NCBI GenBank assembly: GCA_035463295.1
Contig: DATHTK010000023.1
Location: forward strand, 1,563-65,562
From: Rubrobacteraceae bacterium
Lineage (GTDB): Bacteria; Actinomycetota; Rubrobacteria; Rubrobacterales; Rubrobacteraceae
DNA: 64,000 bases
Direction of reading: 5' to 3'
A model generated the notes under the pieces. It was not told the origin of the DNA. It saw only the letters and a list, made by a program, of their open reading frames with translations, and did no database searches. Positions 26,208-35,171 of this stretch are shown here, piece by piece (position 1 is the first letter of the stretch; each line of letters begins with the position of its first letter). The position numbers and the translations under genes are program-made.

Positions 26208-26209
26208 CT

Positions 26210-27094
26210 GTGAAACGTCTGGGGTTTGTGGGGCTAGGGGCGATGGGACTCCCCATGGCCGGCCGGCTGGCGGGCGCGGGATTCGAGCTCAAGGTCTTCG
26301 ACTTACTGACCGAGCGAGTCCGGCCCCTCGTCGAGCTCGGGGCCGTAAGCACCGCCTCCCCAGCAGAGGTGGCGGAGGGCACCGACGCGCTCGTACTAAT
26401 GGTCGCCAACGCCGATCAGGCGAAGGGCGTCCTCTTCGGCGAGGGAGGAGTCGCCGGAGCCCTGCCAGAGGGCGCGGCCGTGATCGTCATGAGCACCATA
26501 GGGCCCGAGGCGGTCCGCGAGCTCGCCGACGGCCTGGCCGAGCGCAGCCTGCTGACTCTGGACGCACCCGTGAGCGGCGGCGTCGCGCGGGCCGAGAGAG
26601 GGGATCTGCTCATAATGGCCGGGGGGCCGGAAGACCTCTTCGAGAAGTTGCGCCCGGCTCTCGGGACGATGGGCTCGAGCGTCGTGCACTGCGGTCCCCG
26701 GGTGGGCGACGGCCAGGCCGTCAAGCTCGTCAACCAGCTCCTCTGCGGGGTGCACATCGCGGTGGCGGGCGAGGCGCTGGCCTACGCCGAGGCTCTGGGC
26801 CTGGATCCGCGTTTCGTCTTCGAGACGATCCGGCACGGCGCCGCCAACTCCTTCATGCTTGAGGATCGGGGCGAGCGGATGCTCGAAGCGGAGTTCGTGC
26901 CCCCCAGGAGCGCTCTGGACATCTTTGTCAAGGACATGGGTCTCGTACGCACCGCCGCCGAGGAGCGGGACTTCGAAACCCCGCTGGCTTCAGCAGCGCT
27001 CGCATTGTACGCGGCGGGCCACGATGCGGGCCTGGGTGGGGAGGACGACGCTGGGGTCATCCGCATGTTCCGGCCGAGGGCGAGTAGGGGCTGA
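26210..27094 (+). CDS. NAD(P)-dependent beta-hydroxyacid dehydrogenase (HIBADH family; LtnD / tartronate-semialdehyde reductase-like)
   Basis: Rossmann start GFVGLGAMGLPMAGRL and mid-protein GDGQAVKLVNQLL. GTG 26210 sits 6 nt behind AAAAGGAGG. The ORF-track start at 26048 covers the aldolase remnant. Confidence 0.88.
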   Translation: MKRLGFVGLGAMGLPMAGRLAGAGFELKVFDLLTERVRPLVELGAVSTASPAEVAEGTDALVLMVANADQAKGVLFGEGGVAGALPEGAAVIVMSTIGPEAVRELADGLAERSLLTLDAPVSGGVARAERGDLLIMAGGPEDLFEKLRPALGTMGSSVVHCGPRVGDGQAVKLVNQLLCGVHIAVAGEALAYAEALGLDPRFVFETIRHGAANSFMLEDRGERMLEAEFVPPRSALDIFVKDMGLVRTAAEERDFETPLASAALALYAAGHDAGLGGEDDAGVIRMFRPRASRG

Positions 27095-27133
27095 CACAAC
27101 GTGTGACGGAGGGCTAGCGAGAGGAGCCGCACC

Positions 27134-27886
27134 GTGTTCTTGGAACTGTCAGAAAGGGTCGCGATCGTTACCGGGGCGGCGCGGGGTATAGGGTTCGCAA
27201 CCGCCGAGCGCCTGTCACGGGCCGGCGCGCGCGTGGTGATCGCCGACATCGATCGAGAAAGCGCCGCTGCGGCCGTCGAACGACTGCGCGCAGAGGGCGC
27301 GGAGGCCGCGGAAGCGGTCGCGGACGTCACCAGCCCTGACGAGGTCGGCGCGATGGTCGAGCGTGCCCTGGACGCCTTCGGCCAGCTCGACATACTGGTG
27401 AACAACGCCGGTATCACGGGCCGCGACGCCTCACTCCTGGAGATCACCGACGAGGATTGGGAGAAGGTTCTGCGCCTGAACCTGACCGCCACCTTCTACT
27501 GCTGCCGGGCGGTGGTCCCTCATATGCGCGAACGCAAGAGCGGCGCGATAGTCAACGTGGCCTCCATCTCGGGCAAGGAGGGGAACCCGAACATGATCCC
27601 CTACTCGGTCTCCAAGGCCGGGGTGATCTGCCTGACCAAGGCGCTGGCGAAGGAGCTGATCCACGACGGTGTGAGGGTGAACTGTGTGGCGCCGGCCGTC
27701 ATCGAGACACCGCTGCTCGAGCACCTTCGACCGGAAGCCATCGAGTACATGACGACCAAGGTCCCGATGGGAAGGATGGGACGACCGGAGGAAGTGGCCG
27801 CGGTGGTGCATTTTCTGGCCTCCGATGATGCGAGCTTCGTCACGGGGCAGTGCTACGACGTCAGCGGTGGGAGGGCGACGTACTAG
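27134..27886 (+). CDS. Short-chain dehydrogenase/reductase (FabG-like)
   Basis: TGAARGIG cofactor motif, NNAG, catalytic YSVSKAG. Confidence 0.9.
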   Translation: MFLELSERVAIVTGAARGIGFATAERLSRAGARVVIADIDRESAAAAVERLRAEGAEAAEAVADVTSPDEVGAMVERALDAFGQLDILVNNAGITGRDASLLEITDEDWEKVLRLNLTATFYCCRAVVPHMRERKSGAIVNVASISGKEGNPNMIPYSVSKAGVICLTKALAKELIHDGVRVNCVAPAVIETPLLEHLRPEAIEYMTTKVPMGRMGRPEEVAAVVHFLASDDASFVTGQCYDVSGGRATY

Positions 27887-27977
27887 AGAGACCCTCTGCG
27901 ACACGGTGGGGCGGCTTGGGCGGGACCTGCGCTGAGATATACTCGTGCTTCAAGCTAGACTTTGAGGAGAAAGAGCC

Positions 27978-30779
27978 TTGAACACCGAAGGTCGTCCACG
28001 AGAGTTCAGCCGAGTCGGGAGGCTGCCCGCTGCTGGCGATAACGTGGCGATAGCCACGGAGAGGCTGGAGGCGGGGACCGTCGTAGAGCGCGGTGGCTCG
28101 CGCTTCACGATAAGCCACACGGTCCTGGAGGGACACCGCTTCGCTGCGGAGTCTATTGCCGAAGGCGAGGATCTGCTCTCGTGGGACCTGCCGTTCGGGC
28201 GGGCCACCAGGGACATCGCCCCCGGGGACTACGTGTGCAACGAGAAGATCCTGCGCGTGTTGCACGAGCGCCATGGGACCTACCCTTTCCATTCTGAGAA
28301 CGAAGCCCCAGAGGGCACTCACGACCAGGGTGGGGGCCGGGTACCGGGAGGGTTTCGTAACGTCGAGTTCCGGTTACCCGGGGAGCCTAACTTCCGCGAC
28401 GCGGAGCTCGCGGCCTACGAGCTCGATGAGGAGGGCTTCGAGCCCGGCTCCCCGGTGTCGCTCTACGACGGGCCGGGCACCTTCATGGGCTACCGGCGGC
28501 CCGGCGGCCGCGGGGTGGGAACCAGGAACTACGTCGTGATCCTGGGCGTCACCTCCCGCACCGGGGGGTTCGCGAAGGGCCTCGAGTGGCGGCTGCGAGG
28601 GGTTGCGGACGCTTACGAAGACGTGAGCGGCGTGGTCGCCGTCGCGCATACTGAGGGCGGCGAAGAGCGGGTACCGAACAACCTGGAGCTCTTGCTGCGT
28701 ACCCTGAGCGGCTTCGTGGTCCACCCGAACGTCGGTGCCGTGCTCGTGGTGGACGAGGAGGAGGGAGCCGTCAACAACCGCATGCTCCGCTCGTATATGG
28801 AGGAGCACGGCTATCCGCTGTCGGACGTGCGCCACGAGTTCATGAGCCTGGGGAGGAGCTTCGGGCTCGACCTCAATAGGGGCGAGGGGATCGTGCGCGG
28901 CTGGCTCGACGCGGTAGACGCAATGAAGCGTACCGAGGAGCCCCTGTCGGAGTTGAAGGTGGCCTTGCAGTGCGGAGGGTCGGACGCCTTCTCGGGGGTC
29001 TCCGCCAACCCGCTCGTAGGCCGGGTGGCCAGAGACGTCATCAAGAACGGCGGCGGTGCCGTACTCGCCGAGACGGACGAGCTGATCGGGGCCGAACCCT
29101 ACGTCCTGAAGAACGTCAAGGACCTCGAGACGGCGAAGCGCTTTCTCGCGGCGGTCGAGCGGTTCAAGGAGCTGGTCGGTTGGCACGGACACACCGCCGA
29201 GGGAAACCCTTCGGGCGGGAATAACTACCGCGGGCTGTACAACATCTCCATAAAGTCCATCGGCGCCGCCACCAAGCGCGACCCGGAGGTCCGCATCGAA
29301 GACGTTATCGAGTACGCCGAGAGGATGAAGGGGCCCGGCTTCCACTTCATGGACAGCCCCGGCAACGACCTGGAGAGCGTCGCGGGGGAGGTCGCCTCGG
29401 GCTGCAACGTGATCTTCTTCACCACCGGCAACGGCTCCATAACGAACTTCCCGTTCGTCCCCACGGTCAAGGTCGTTACCACCACCGGCCGCTACGAGCT
29501 CCTCCCGAACGAGATGGACGTCAACGCCGGCGCCTACCTCGACGGGACTCCCATGGAGGACCTCGGCGCAGATATGTTCGACCTCACCGTTCGGGTAGCA
29601 AGCGGGGAGAGGACCGCCGGGGAGCAGGCCGGGCACTCGCAGGTCTCCATCTGGCGCGACTGGAAGCAGACCGGCACCGAGAACCTGGAGAGCATCCTGC
29701 GCGCCCCGGCACCAGACGGTGAGCCCCTGCCGATCGAGGCCACCGGCTCCAGGGACGCCGGAGATTACGCGCTGGAGGCCGTCAGGACGGAGCGCCTCGG
29801 ATACGCCACGGACCAGGTCGGGCTCGTGATGCCAACCAGCCTGTGTTCCGGCCAGATCGCGCTCATGATCGCCGACCGCTTGAACGAGCGCGGCTACGGC
29901 GACGGCAAGGTGTCCCGTTTCGTCGCGCTGCCCCATACCGAAGGCTGCGGCAACTCCGCCGGCTCCTCGGAGGCCCTGTTCGCCCGCACCGTGCTCGGCC
30001 ACCTCGACCATCCGCTCGTACGGTTCGGGTTGCTTCTAGAGCACGGCTGCGAGAAGACGCACAACGACTACTTCAGAAGCCGCCTGATCGAGGCCGACCT
30101 CGACCCCGACCGTTACGGATGGGCGAGCGTGCAGCTCGACGGTGGGATCGAGAAGGTGACCCGCCGGGTCGAGGACTGGTTCGCCCGGGCTCTCGAGCGA
30201 GCGGACGAGCTGGCGTACGACACCGTGGGTATCGGGCACCTGCGTCTCGGGCTCGACGCTGCCGGACCGCTCCCCGACGAGGCGGCTGGGAGTCTGGCGG
30301 AGCTCACGGCCATCGTGGTCGGGGCGGGGGGCACGGTGGTGATCCCGGAGACTGCCTCCCTGCTTCGCTCGCAGGTATATCTGGAGGGGACCGTGGGAGA
30401 GGCGCGAAATACCCTGGCTTACGGGCAGGTCGCCCGAAAGCCGGGGTTCCACGTCATGGAGGCGCCGACGAACAACCCCGCGGAGACGGCGACCGGCCTG
30501 GGGGCGACCGGGATCGAGGTGATGCTGGCCCACGTTTCGGGCCGCCCGTTGCAGGCGCACCGCATGATCCCGCTCCTCCAGGTCTCCGCTGACACCGAGA
30601 CCCCGCAGAGCTACGGTGAGGATCTGGACCTGATCCTCGACGGCGACCCCTCCGGCTGGACGCACGACCTCCTCGGTAGCGTCCTAGCCGTCGCCTCGCG
30701 CCGGTACACGCCGAGACTCTACGCTCAGGGCAACACGGGCTTTCAACTCACCCGGGGGCTCCTGGGCGTCTCGATGTAG
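27978..30779 (+). CDS. Double-module UxaA/GarD-family (altronate/galactarate dehydratase-like) protein: SAF domain + full dehydratase module + second SAF-less dehydratase-like module
   Basis: SAF: AAGDNVAIATERLEAGTVV...EGHRFA. Module 1: GTRNYVVILGV, LQCGGSDAFSGVSANPLVG, FHFMDSPGNDLESVAG, IFFTTGNGSITNFPFVPTVKV. Module 2 (from about aa 600): PTSLCSGQ, LPHTEGCGNS, LLLEHGCEK, FHVMEAPTNNPAETATG. TTG 27978 sits 8 nt behind GAGGAG. Confidence 0.8.
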   Translation: MNTEGRPREFSRVGRLPAAGDNVAIATERLEAGTVVERGGSRFTISHTVLEGHRFAAESIAEGEDLLSWDLPFGRATRDIAPGDYVCNEKILRVLHERHGTYPFHSENEAPEGTHDQGGGRVPGGFRNVEFRLPGEPNFRDAELAAYELDEEGFEPGSPVSLYDGPGTFMGYRRPGGRGVGTRNYVVILGVTSRTGGFAKGLEWRLRGVADAYEDVSGVVAVAHTEGGEERVPNNLELLLRTLSGFVVHPNVGAVLVVDEEEGAVNNRMLRSYMEEHGYPLSDVRHEFMSLGRSFGLDLNRGEGIVRGWLDAVDAMKRTEEPLSELKVALQCGGSDAFSGVSANPLVGRVARDVIKNGGGAVLAETDELIGAEPYVLKNVKDLETAKRFLAAVERFKELVGWHGHTAEGNPSGGNNYRGLYNISIKSIGAATKRDPEVRIEDVIEYAERMKGPGFHFMDSPGNDLESVAGEVASGCNVIFFTTGNGSITNFPFVPTVKVVTTTGRYELLPNEMDVNAGAYLDGTPMEDLGADMFDLTVRVASGERTAGEQAGHSQVSIWRDWKQTGTENLESILRAPAPDGEPLPIEATGSRDAGDYALEAVRTERLGYATDQVGLVMPTSLCSGQIALMIADRLNERGYGDGKVSRFVALPHTEGCGNSAGSSEALFARTVLGHLDHPLVRFGLLLEHGCEKTHNDYFRSRLIEADLDPDRYGWASVQLDGGIEKVTRRVEDWFARALERADELAYDTVGIGHLRLGLDAAGPLPDEAAGSLAELTAIVVGAGGTVVIPETASLLRSQVYLEGTVGEARNTLAYGQVARKPGFHVMEAPTNNPAETATGLGATGIEVMLAHVSGRPLQAHRMIPLLQVSADTETPQSYGEDLDLILDGDPSGWTHDLLGSVLAVASRRYTPRLYAQGNTGFQLTRGLLGVSM

Positions 30780-30786
30780 GCTACGC

Positions 30787-31656
30787 CTATATGCGAGCTA
30801 CCTCGGCGAGCTCGAGGATAGAGGTAGGATCGTAGTCAGTGGGGGCCGAGGTCAGCGGCGGACGCACCGTGCCCATGGATGCGCCGTTGCGGGCCTGGGC
30901 CAGCTTCTTGAGCACCGCGGCGGAGGTATACTCCTTTGTCCCCGCCCGGACCCTCTTTAGCTGCTCGGAGAGCGCCTTGCCCCCGTCCTCGTCACCGGCC
31001 CTGGCCTTGCGGTACATCTCGACTATCCGTTCGGGAACGAAGTTCGCGAGGGCGCTGATCGCTCCCTGAGCTCCCAGGTTCAGCCGCTCCCAGAGGTCGT
31101 CCTCGGTGCCAAGCAATACGCCCTTGCCCCCCGAGAGCACCGTCTCGGCGTATCCGGGCTCGCCTCCGGAATCCTTTACCCCCCATACCGAGAGGCTCGT
31201 TACCACCTCCGCCGGGACTGGGACGGCGTACTTGGGGATATGGTAGACGATAGCGGGATGACGAGTAGCGGCTATGGCGGGCTCGTAGAAGAGTCTCAGC
31301 CCTTCGTCGGAGACGGGCTTCATGTAGTAAGGCGGCAGGATCAGGACGGCCGTCGCCGGATAGGGCTCCAGGAAGGAGAGCATCTTCAGAGTGTCTGGCA
31401 GGTTGCCCTCCATGACGGTGGGGATGATCTCGATGGGCAACTCCCGGGCGAACAGGGCGTCGAGAACCCTGCGCTTCTCGGCCATCGTCACCGAGGTTCC
31501 CTCGCCGTTGGTGCCGAAGGGCACTACGCCCGCAATACCGCTCTCGGCCAGCCAGGAGACGTGCTCCAGGTATGCGCGCACGTCCAGCTCGTAAGAAGGA
31601 TCTCCTTCTCTGAACGGCGTCACGTTGGCGACGTACACGCCTTCTATGGCCCGCAT
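30787..31656 (-). CDS. DHDPS/NAL-family lyase (2-keto-3-deoxy-sugar-acid aldolase or dehydratase-like)
   Basis: GVYVANVTPFRE..., GVVPFGTNGEG, PPYYMKP, IVYHIP. ATG 31656 is preceded by GAGGAG. The ORF-track extension to 31848 overlaps kdgK. Confidence 0.82.
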   Translation of the reverse strand: MRAIEGVYVANVTPFREGDPSYELDVRAYLEHVSWLAESGIAGVVPFGTNGEGTSVTMAEKRRVLDALFARELPIEIIPTVMEGNLPDTLKMLSFLEPYPATAVLILPPYYMKPVSDEGLRLFYEPAIAATRHPAIVYHIPKYAVPVPAEVVTSLSVWGVKDSGGEPGYAETVLSGGKGVLLGTEDDLWERLNLGAQGAISALANFVPERIVEMYRKARAGDEDGGKALSEQLKRVRAGTKEYTSAAVLKKLAQARNGASMGTVRPPLTSAPTDYDPTSILELAEVARI

Positions 31657-31666
31657 CTCGATCTCC

Positions 31667-32605
31667 TCATCTCCCCAACGTCTTGCGGCCGTCGATGAAG
31701 TCCTGCAATTCCTCCCTGCCAGGCAGACCTTCGTAGTCGCCCAGCGTCGAGACGCTGAGAGCCCCCATCGCGTTCGCGGTGCGCAGGCGTTCCTCCGGTC
31801 CCAGGCCCCACATGTGTCCTGCGAGGTACCCAGCGTTGAAGGCGTCACCCGCTCCGATGGGATCTACTTCCACCACCGAGAAGCCCGAATGTTCGAGGAT
31901 ATCCCCCTCGAGCAGGACGAGGCTTCCTCTCTTACCCTTCTTGAGCACCACCTCCCGGGCTCCACCGGAGAGCTCCCGCACGAACTCCTCGTCCTCCCGG
32001 CCCCAGAGGACTCGGGATTCCTCGTCGCCGACGAACAGCAGATCTACGAGCGGCAATACCTCTTCCGCGAACCCTCTGGCCTCCGCTGCGGACCAGAGTT
32101 TGGAGCGGTAATTCACGTCGAAGCTCACCCGCACCCCGCTCGCGCGGGCCTGTTGCGCAGCCCACACGACGAAAGCGCGGCAATCTGCGGAGAGGGCGGG
32201 GGTGATGCCGGTCAGGTGGAGGAACGTCGCTCCCCGAAGGTACTCGGGGTCGAAGGCCTCTGGGCCCATCCTGGAGGCGGCCGAGCTCCGCCGGTAGTAG
32301 TAGACGCGAACCTCCGTGCCGATCTTCTCGCGCAGGTAGAGCCCCGTGGACGCCTCCTCCAGACGTCGAACTCGCGAAGTGTCCACCCCCTCGGCCCGGA
32401 CGCGGTCGAGGACGATCTGGCCGGGCTCGTCCGCGCTCAGGTAGCTCACCCAGCCCGCCGATACGCCCAGGCGCGAGAGGGCGATAGCCACGTTTGACTC
32501 CGCGCCGCCGACCTTGAGCTCCAGGCCCGCAGCGTGTCTGAGGCGCCCCGGCATGGCCGGGACCCCGAGGATCATGGTCTCACCGGCCGTCACTACCTCA
32601 GGCAT
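31667..32605 (-). CDS. kdgK: PfkB-family sugar kinase, 2-dehydro-3-deoxygluconokinase-like
   Basis: VTAGETMI...GGAESNVAIALSRLG N-terminus and C-terminal DPIGAGDAFNAGY. The stop lies 10 nt before the lyase start. Confidence 0.85.
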   Translation of the reverse strand: MPEVVTAGETMILGVPAMPGRLRHAAGLELKVGGAESNVAIALSRLGVSAGWVSYLSADEPGQIVLDRVRAEGVDTSRVRRLEEASTGLYLREKIGTEVRVYYYRRSSAASRMGPEAFDPEYLRGATFLHLTGITPALSADCRAFVVWAAQQARASGVRVSFDVNYRSKLWSAAEARGFAEEVLPLVDLLFVGDEESRVLWGREDEEFVRELSGGAREVVLKKGKRGSLVLLEGDILEHSGFSVVEVDPIGAGDAFNAGYLAGHMWGLGPEERLRTANAMGALSVSTLGDYEGLPGREELQDFIDGRKTLGR

Positions 32606-33021
32606 CGTATTCTCCTCTCGGTCGAAATTACCAGGAGACCTTCCCGACCGTCCGATAGATCGGCGGTCAACGCGCCCCCGTATATATACGCTCCGCTACC
32701 AGATGTCTCTATGTTGCCCAAGCTTGGAGGCAGCAGCAACAGCCCGGCCTGAAAGCAAGAAAAGAAACCCATATTATGAAACACAGCTGGGGATATTTCG
32801 GGAGGCCAGAGGTGGCAAGACGAAAACGCGCTTCCGAGCGCCAGCCGAACAGCGCCCATGAGGTGCACCCTCGCGGCTGGCGCGTGCATTGCAGGAACTG
32901 TGCGGAGCGAGGGCGGGTAACCCCGAAAGCTCGGGCACATCAACGAACCGGAGGTGGGTGGTTTGGAGTCTGCGTTCGGTAGACACCGTTCTCCTTGCGC
33001 GTGTTCCGAGGATGGAGTCTG

Positions 33022-34611
33022 ATGGCGCTCGATCTGCTGATAAAGGGAGCAAGGGTCTTTCCCGGTGACGGTCCCGCACTGCCGGCGGACGTCGGCATCT
33101 CTGGCGGACGTATAGGGGCGGTCGAACCCTCCCTGCCGGCGAAGAACGCCGCGGAGGTGATCGACGCCGCCGGCCTGATGCTGTGTCCTGGTTTCATAGA
33201 TATGCACGCCCACACGGCTCTCGAGTCGTTCCGCGATCCGCGGCTGGTGCCGAAGGTGGCGCAGGGCTTCACCACGGAGGTGGTCAACCCCGACGGTCTG
33301 GCTCCGGCACCGGTAGCCGTGGAGGCTCGCGAGGGGCGTCGAGCCTACCTGCAACCGCTTGAAGGACCCGGGCCCTCGACCTGGCCGTGGTCGACGTTCT
33401 CGGAGTACCTGGAAGCCCTCGAGGCGACGCGACCCGCGACGACGCTCGTCCCCTCCATCGGGCACAATGCCGTGCGGGACCTGGTTATGGGCGGCGCCGA
33501 CCGGCGGCCTGATCGAGAAGAGGTGCTGGCCATGAGGAGAGAGGTGCGGCTCGGTATCGAGGCCGGAGCACGCACGCTGTCGTTCGGGTTGATCTACATG
33601 CCGGGCGCGTTCTCGGAGACCGGGGAACTCGTGGAGCTGGCCGAAGAAGCCGCCCCCTTTGGAGCACCACTCGTTCCGCACGTTCGCACCGAGGCGGACG
33701 GCGTACTCGGCGCGGTGGGGGAGATGATCGAGGTCGCTCGCCGTTCTGGTGCGCCTTTGCATCTCTCACATCTCAAGGTGGTCGGCAACCCCGAATTGGT
33801 CGAACCCCTTCTCGGGCTCATAGAGGAGGCCAGCGCCGACGTGGACATCACCTTCGACCAGTACCCTTACGGCGCCGGTAGCACCGTACTGTCGTCGTTG
33901 CTACCGCCCTGGGCGCAGGCGGGTGGTGCATCCGACACGCTGGAGCGCTTGGAAGACCCGGGTCAGCGGGAAGCGATGGTTCGCGACGTGGAGAGGGGAC
34001 TGCCCGACTGGGATAACGCGTACCGCGCATGCGGACCGGCGAACATCGTCATCATCCACGCACCGCCAGCGCAGACCGGGGCCGTCGGCAAGTCGCTCGC
34101 CGAGCTGGGCGAGGAGCGCGGCTGCGACCCGTTCGTCGCGGCACTGGATCTCTTGAAGGAGGCGGAACTCAACGTCGCGATGATCAACCATTATGCCGAT
34201 GAGAGAGCGGTGCAAACCGTCTATCGGCATCCGCTGCAACTGGTCGGCTCGGATGGCATATTCGGAGATAGGCCCCATCCCAGGTTGTACGGCACGGCGG
34301 CTCGGGCGCTCGGGAGATACGCGCTGAGAGAGCGACTCATACCCGTCGAGGAGGCGGTTGCTCGTCTTACTAGCCGGGCGGCGGATCGCCTGGGCCTGGA
34401 GGATCGCGGACGCATCGAGGAAGGGCTGCGTGCCGACCTGGTACTGCTCGATCCCGAACGGTTTACCGACACGGCGACCTACGAAGATCCCAAACAGGTC
34501 CCCACGGGCGTCGAGCGGGTGCTCGTGGCCGGCCGGGCGGTGTGGGCGGGTGCCGAGCACACGGGAGAACGGCCGGGCGGCGTCGTTCGCGAGCCGCTCC
34601 CAGAACGTTAG
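33022..34611 (+). CDS. D-aminoacylase / N-acyl-D-amino-acid deacylase family amidohydrolase
   Basis: DLLIKGARVFPGDG...GISGGRIGAV...PGFIDMHAHT (metal-binding HxH) and C-terminal ADLVLLDPERFTDTATYEDP. ATG 33022 behind GGATGGAG. Confidence 0.85.
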   Translation: MALDLLIKGARVFPGDGPALPADVGISGGRIGAVEPSLPAKNAAEVIDAAGLMLCPGFIDMHAHTALESFRDPRLVPKVAQGFTTEVVNPDGLAPAPVAVEAREGRRAYLQPLEGPGPSTWPWSTFSEYLEALEATRPATTLVPSIGHNAVRDLVMGGADRRPDREEVLAMRREVRLGIEAGARTLSFGLIYMPGAFSETGELVELAEEAAPFGAPLVPHVRTEADGVLGAVGEMIEVARRSGAPLHLSHLKVVGNPELVEPLLGLIEEASADVDITFDQYPYGAGSTVLSSLLPPWAQAGGASDTLERLEDPGQREAMVRDVERGLPDWDNAYRACGPANIVIIHAPPAQTGAVGKSLAELGEERGCDPFVAALDLLKEAELNVAMINHYADERAVQTVYRHPLQLVGSDGIFGDRPHPRLYGTAARALGRYALRERLIPVEEAVARLTSRAADRLGLEDRGRIEEGLRADLVLLDPERFTDTATYEDPKQVPTGVERVLVAGRAVWAGAEHTGERPGGVVREPLPER

Positions 34612-34752
34612 GAGCCACGGGCCGGATGGAAGGGGAGGGAATGGATCGTAGGCAGGAAGATCACTTCGGGGAGGACGGCCGCTATCGGCAGTGCAACAGA
34701 GAACCACTGATCTCCGTCGCGGAGCGACCGGAGGGTTTCGACGCTGTCGTAC

Positions 34753-35136
34753 GTGGCCACGCTGGCCATCGGCGTGGGCGTGATACTCATCTCCCTTACG
34801 CTCCCCGACTACGTGCGGTTCGTCGTTGCATTCGCCCCTGGCGGATCGCAGTCAACGTTTATCGTTCCCACCGTCTTCGGGCTCTTCTGGAAGCGGGCAA
34901 CCAAGTGGGGCGGCATCGCTTCGATGTACGCGGGGCTCGTTGCCTGCCTGACGCCCGAGGTGTTCTTCCCCGACCTGTTCGGCGACGTGGTCAACCTGGT
35001 TCCGGCGCTCGCCTTGTCTATCGTGACGATGGTCGCCGTGCGCCTGCTGACGCCGGGGCCCCCGGAAGAGATCATCCGGTTGTTCTGGAGAGCGAGCGTG
35101 CCTTCGGATAAACAGGAGGCGACCCTGCAGCGGTAG
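34753..35136 (+). pseudogene. C-terminal remnant (last about 3 TM helices) of a sodium:solute symporter (SSF) family transporter
   Basis: FAPGGSQSTFIVPTVFGLFWKRATKWGGIASMYAGL is typical of SSF TM10-12. Only 127 codons remain versus the roughly 480-500 aa I recall as typical for the family, and no upstream continuation is present. Confidence 0.6.
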
Positions 35137-35171
35137 AGGCCCGTCCTGGCCCAGCAACTCCGGAGGTTCTC

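Noticed and set aside
32606-33021. A 415-bp divergent intergenic region between kdgK and the D-aminoacylase, with a 68-aa ORF (32776-32982) and GC-rich stems. Considered as a riboswitch or small gene.
   Set aside because: The ORF is Arg/His/Cys-rich and not protein-like, and I could not match any known riboswitch core. It is most simply two divergent promoters.
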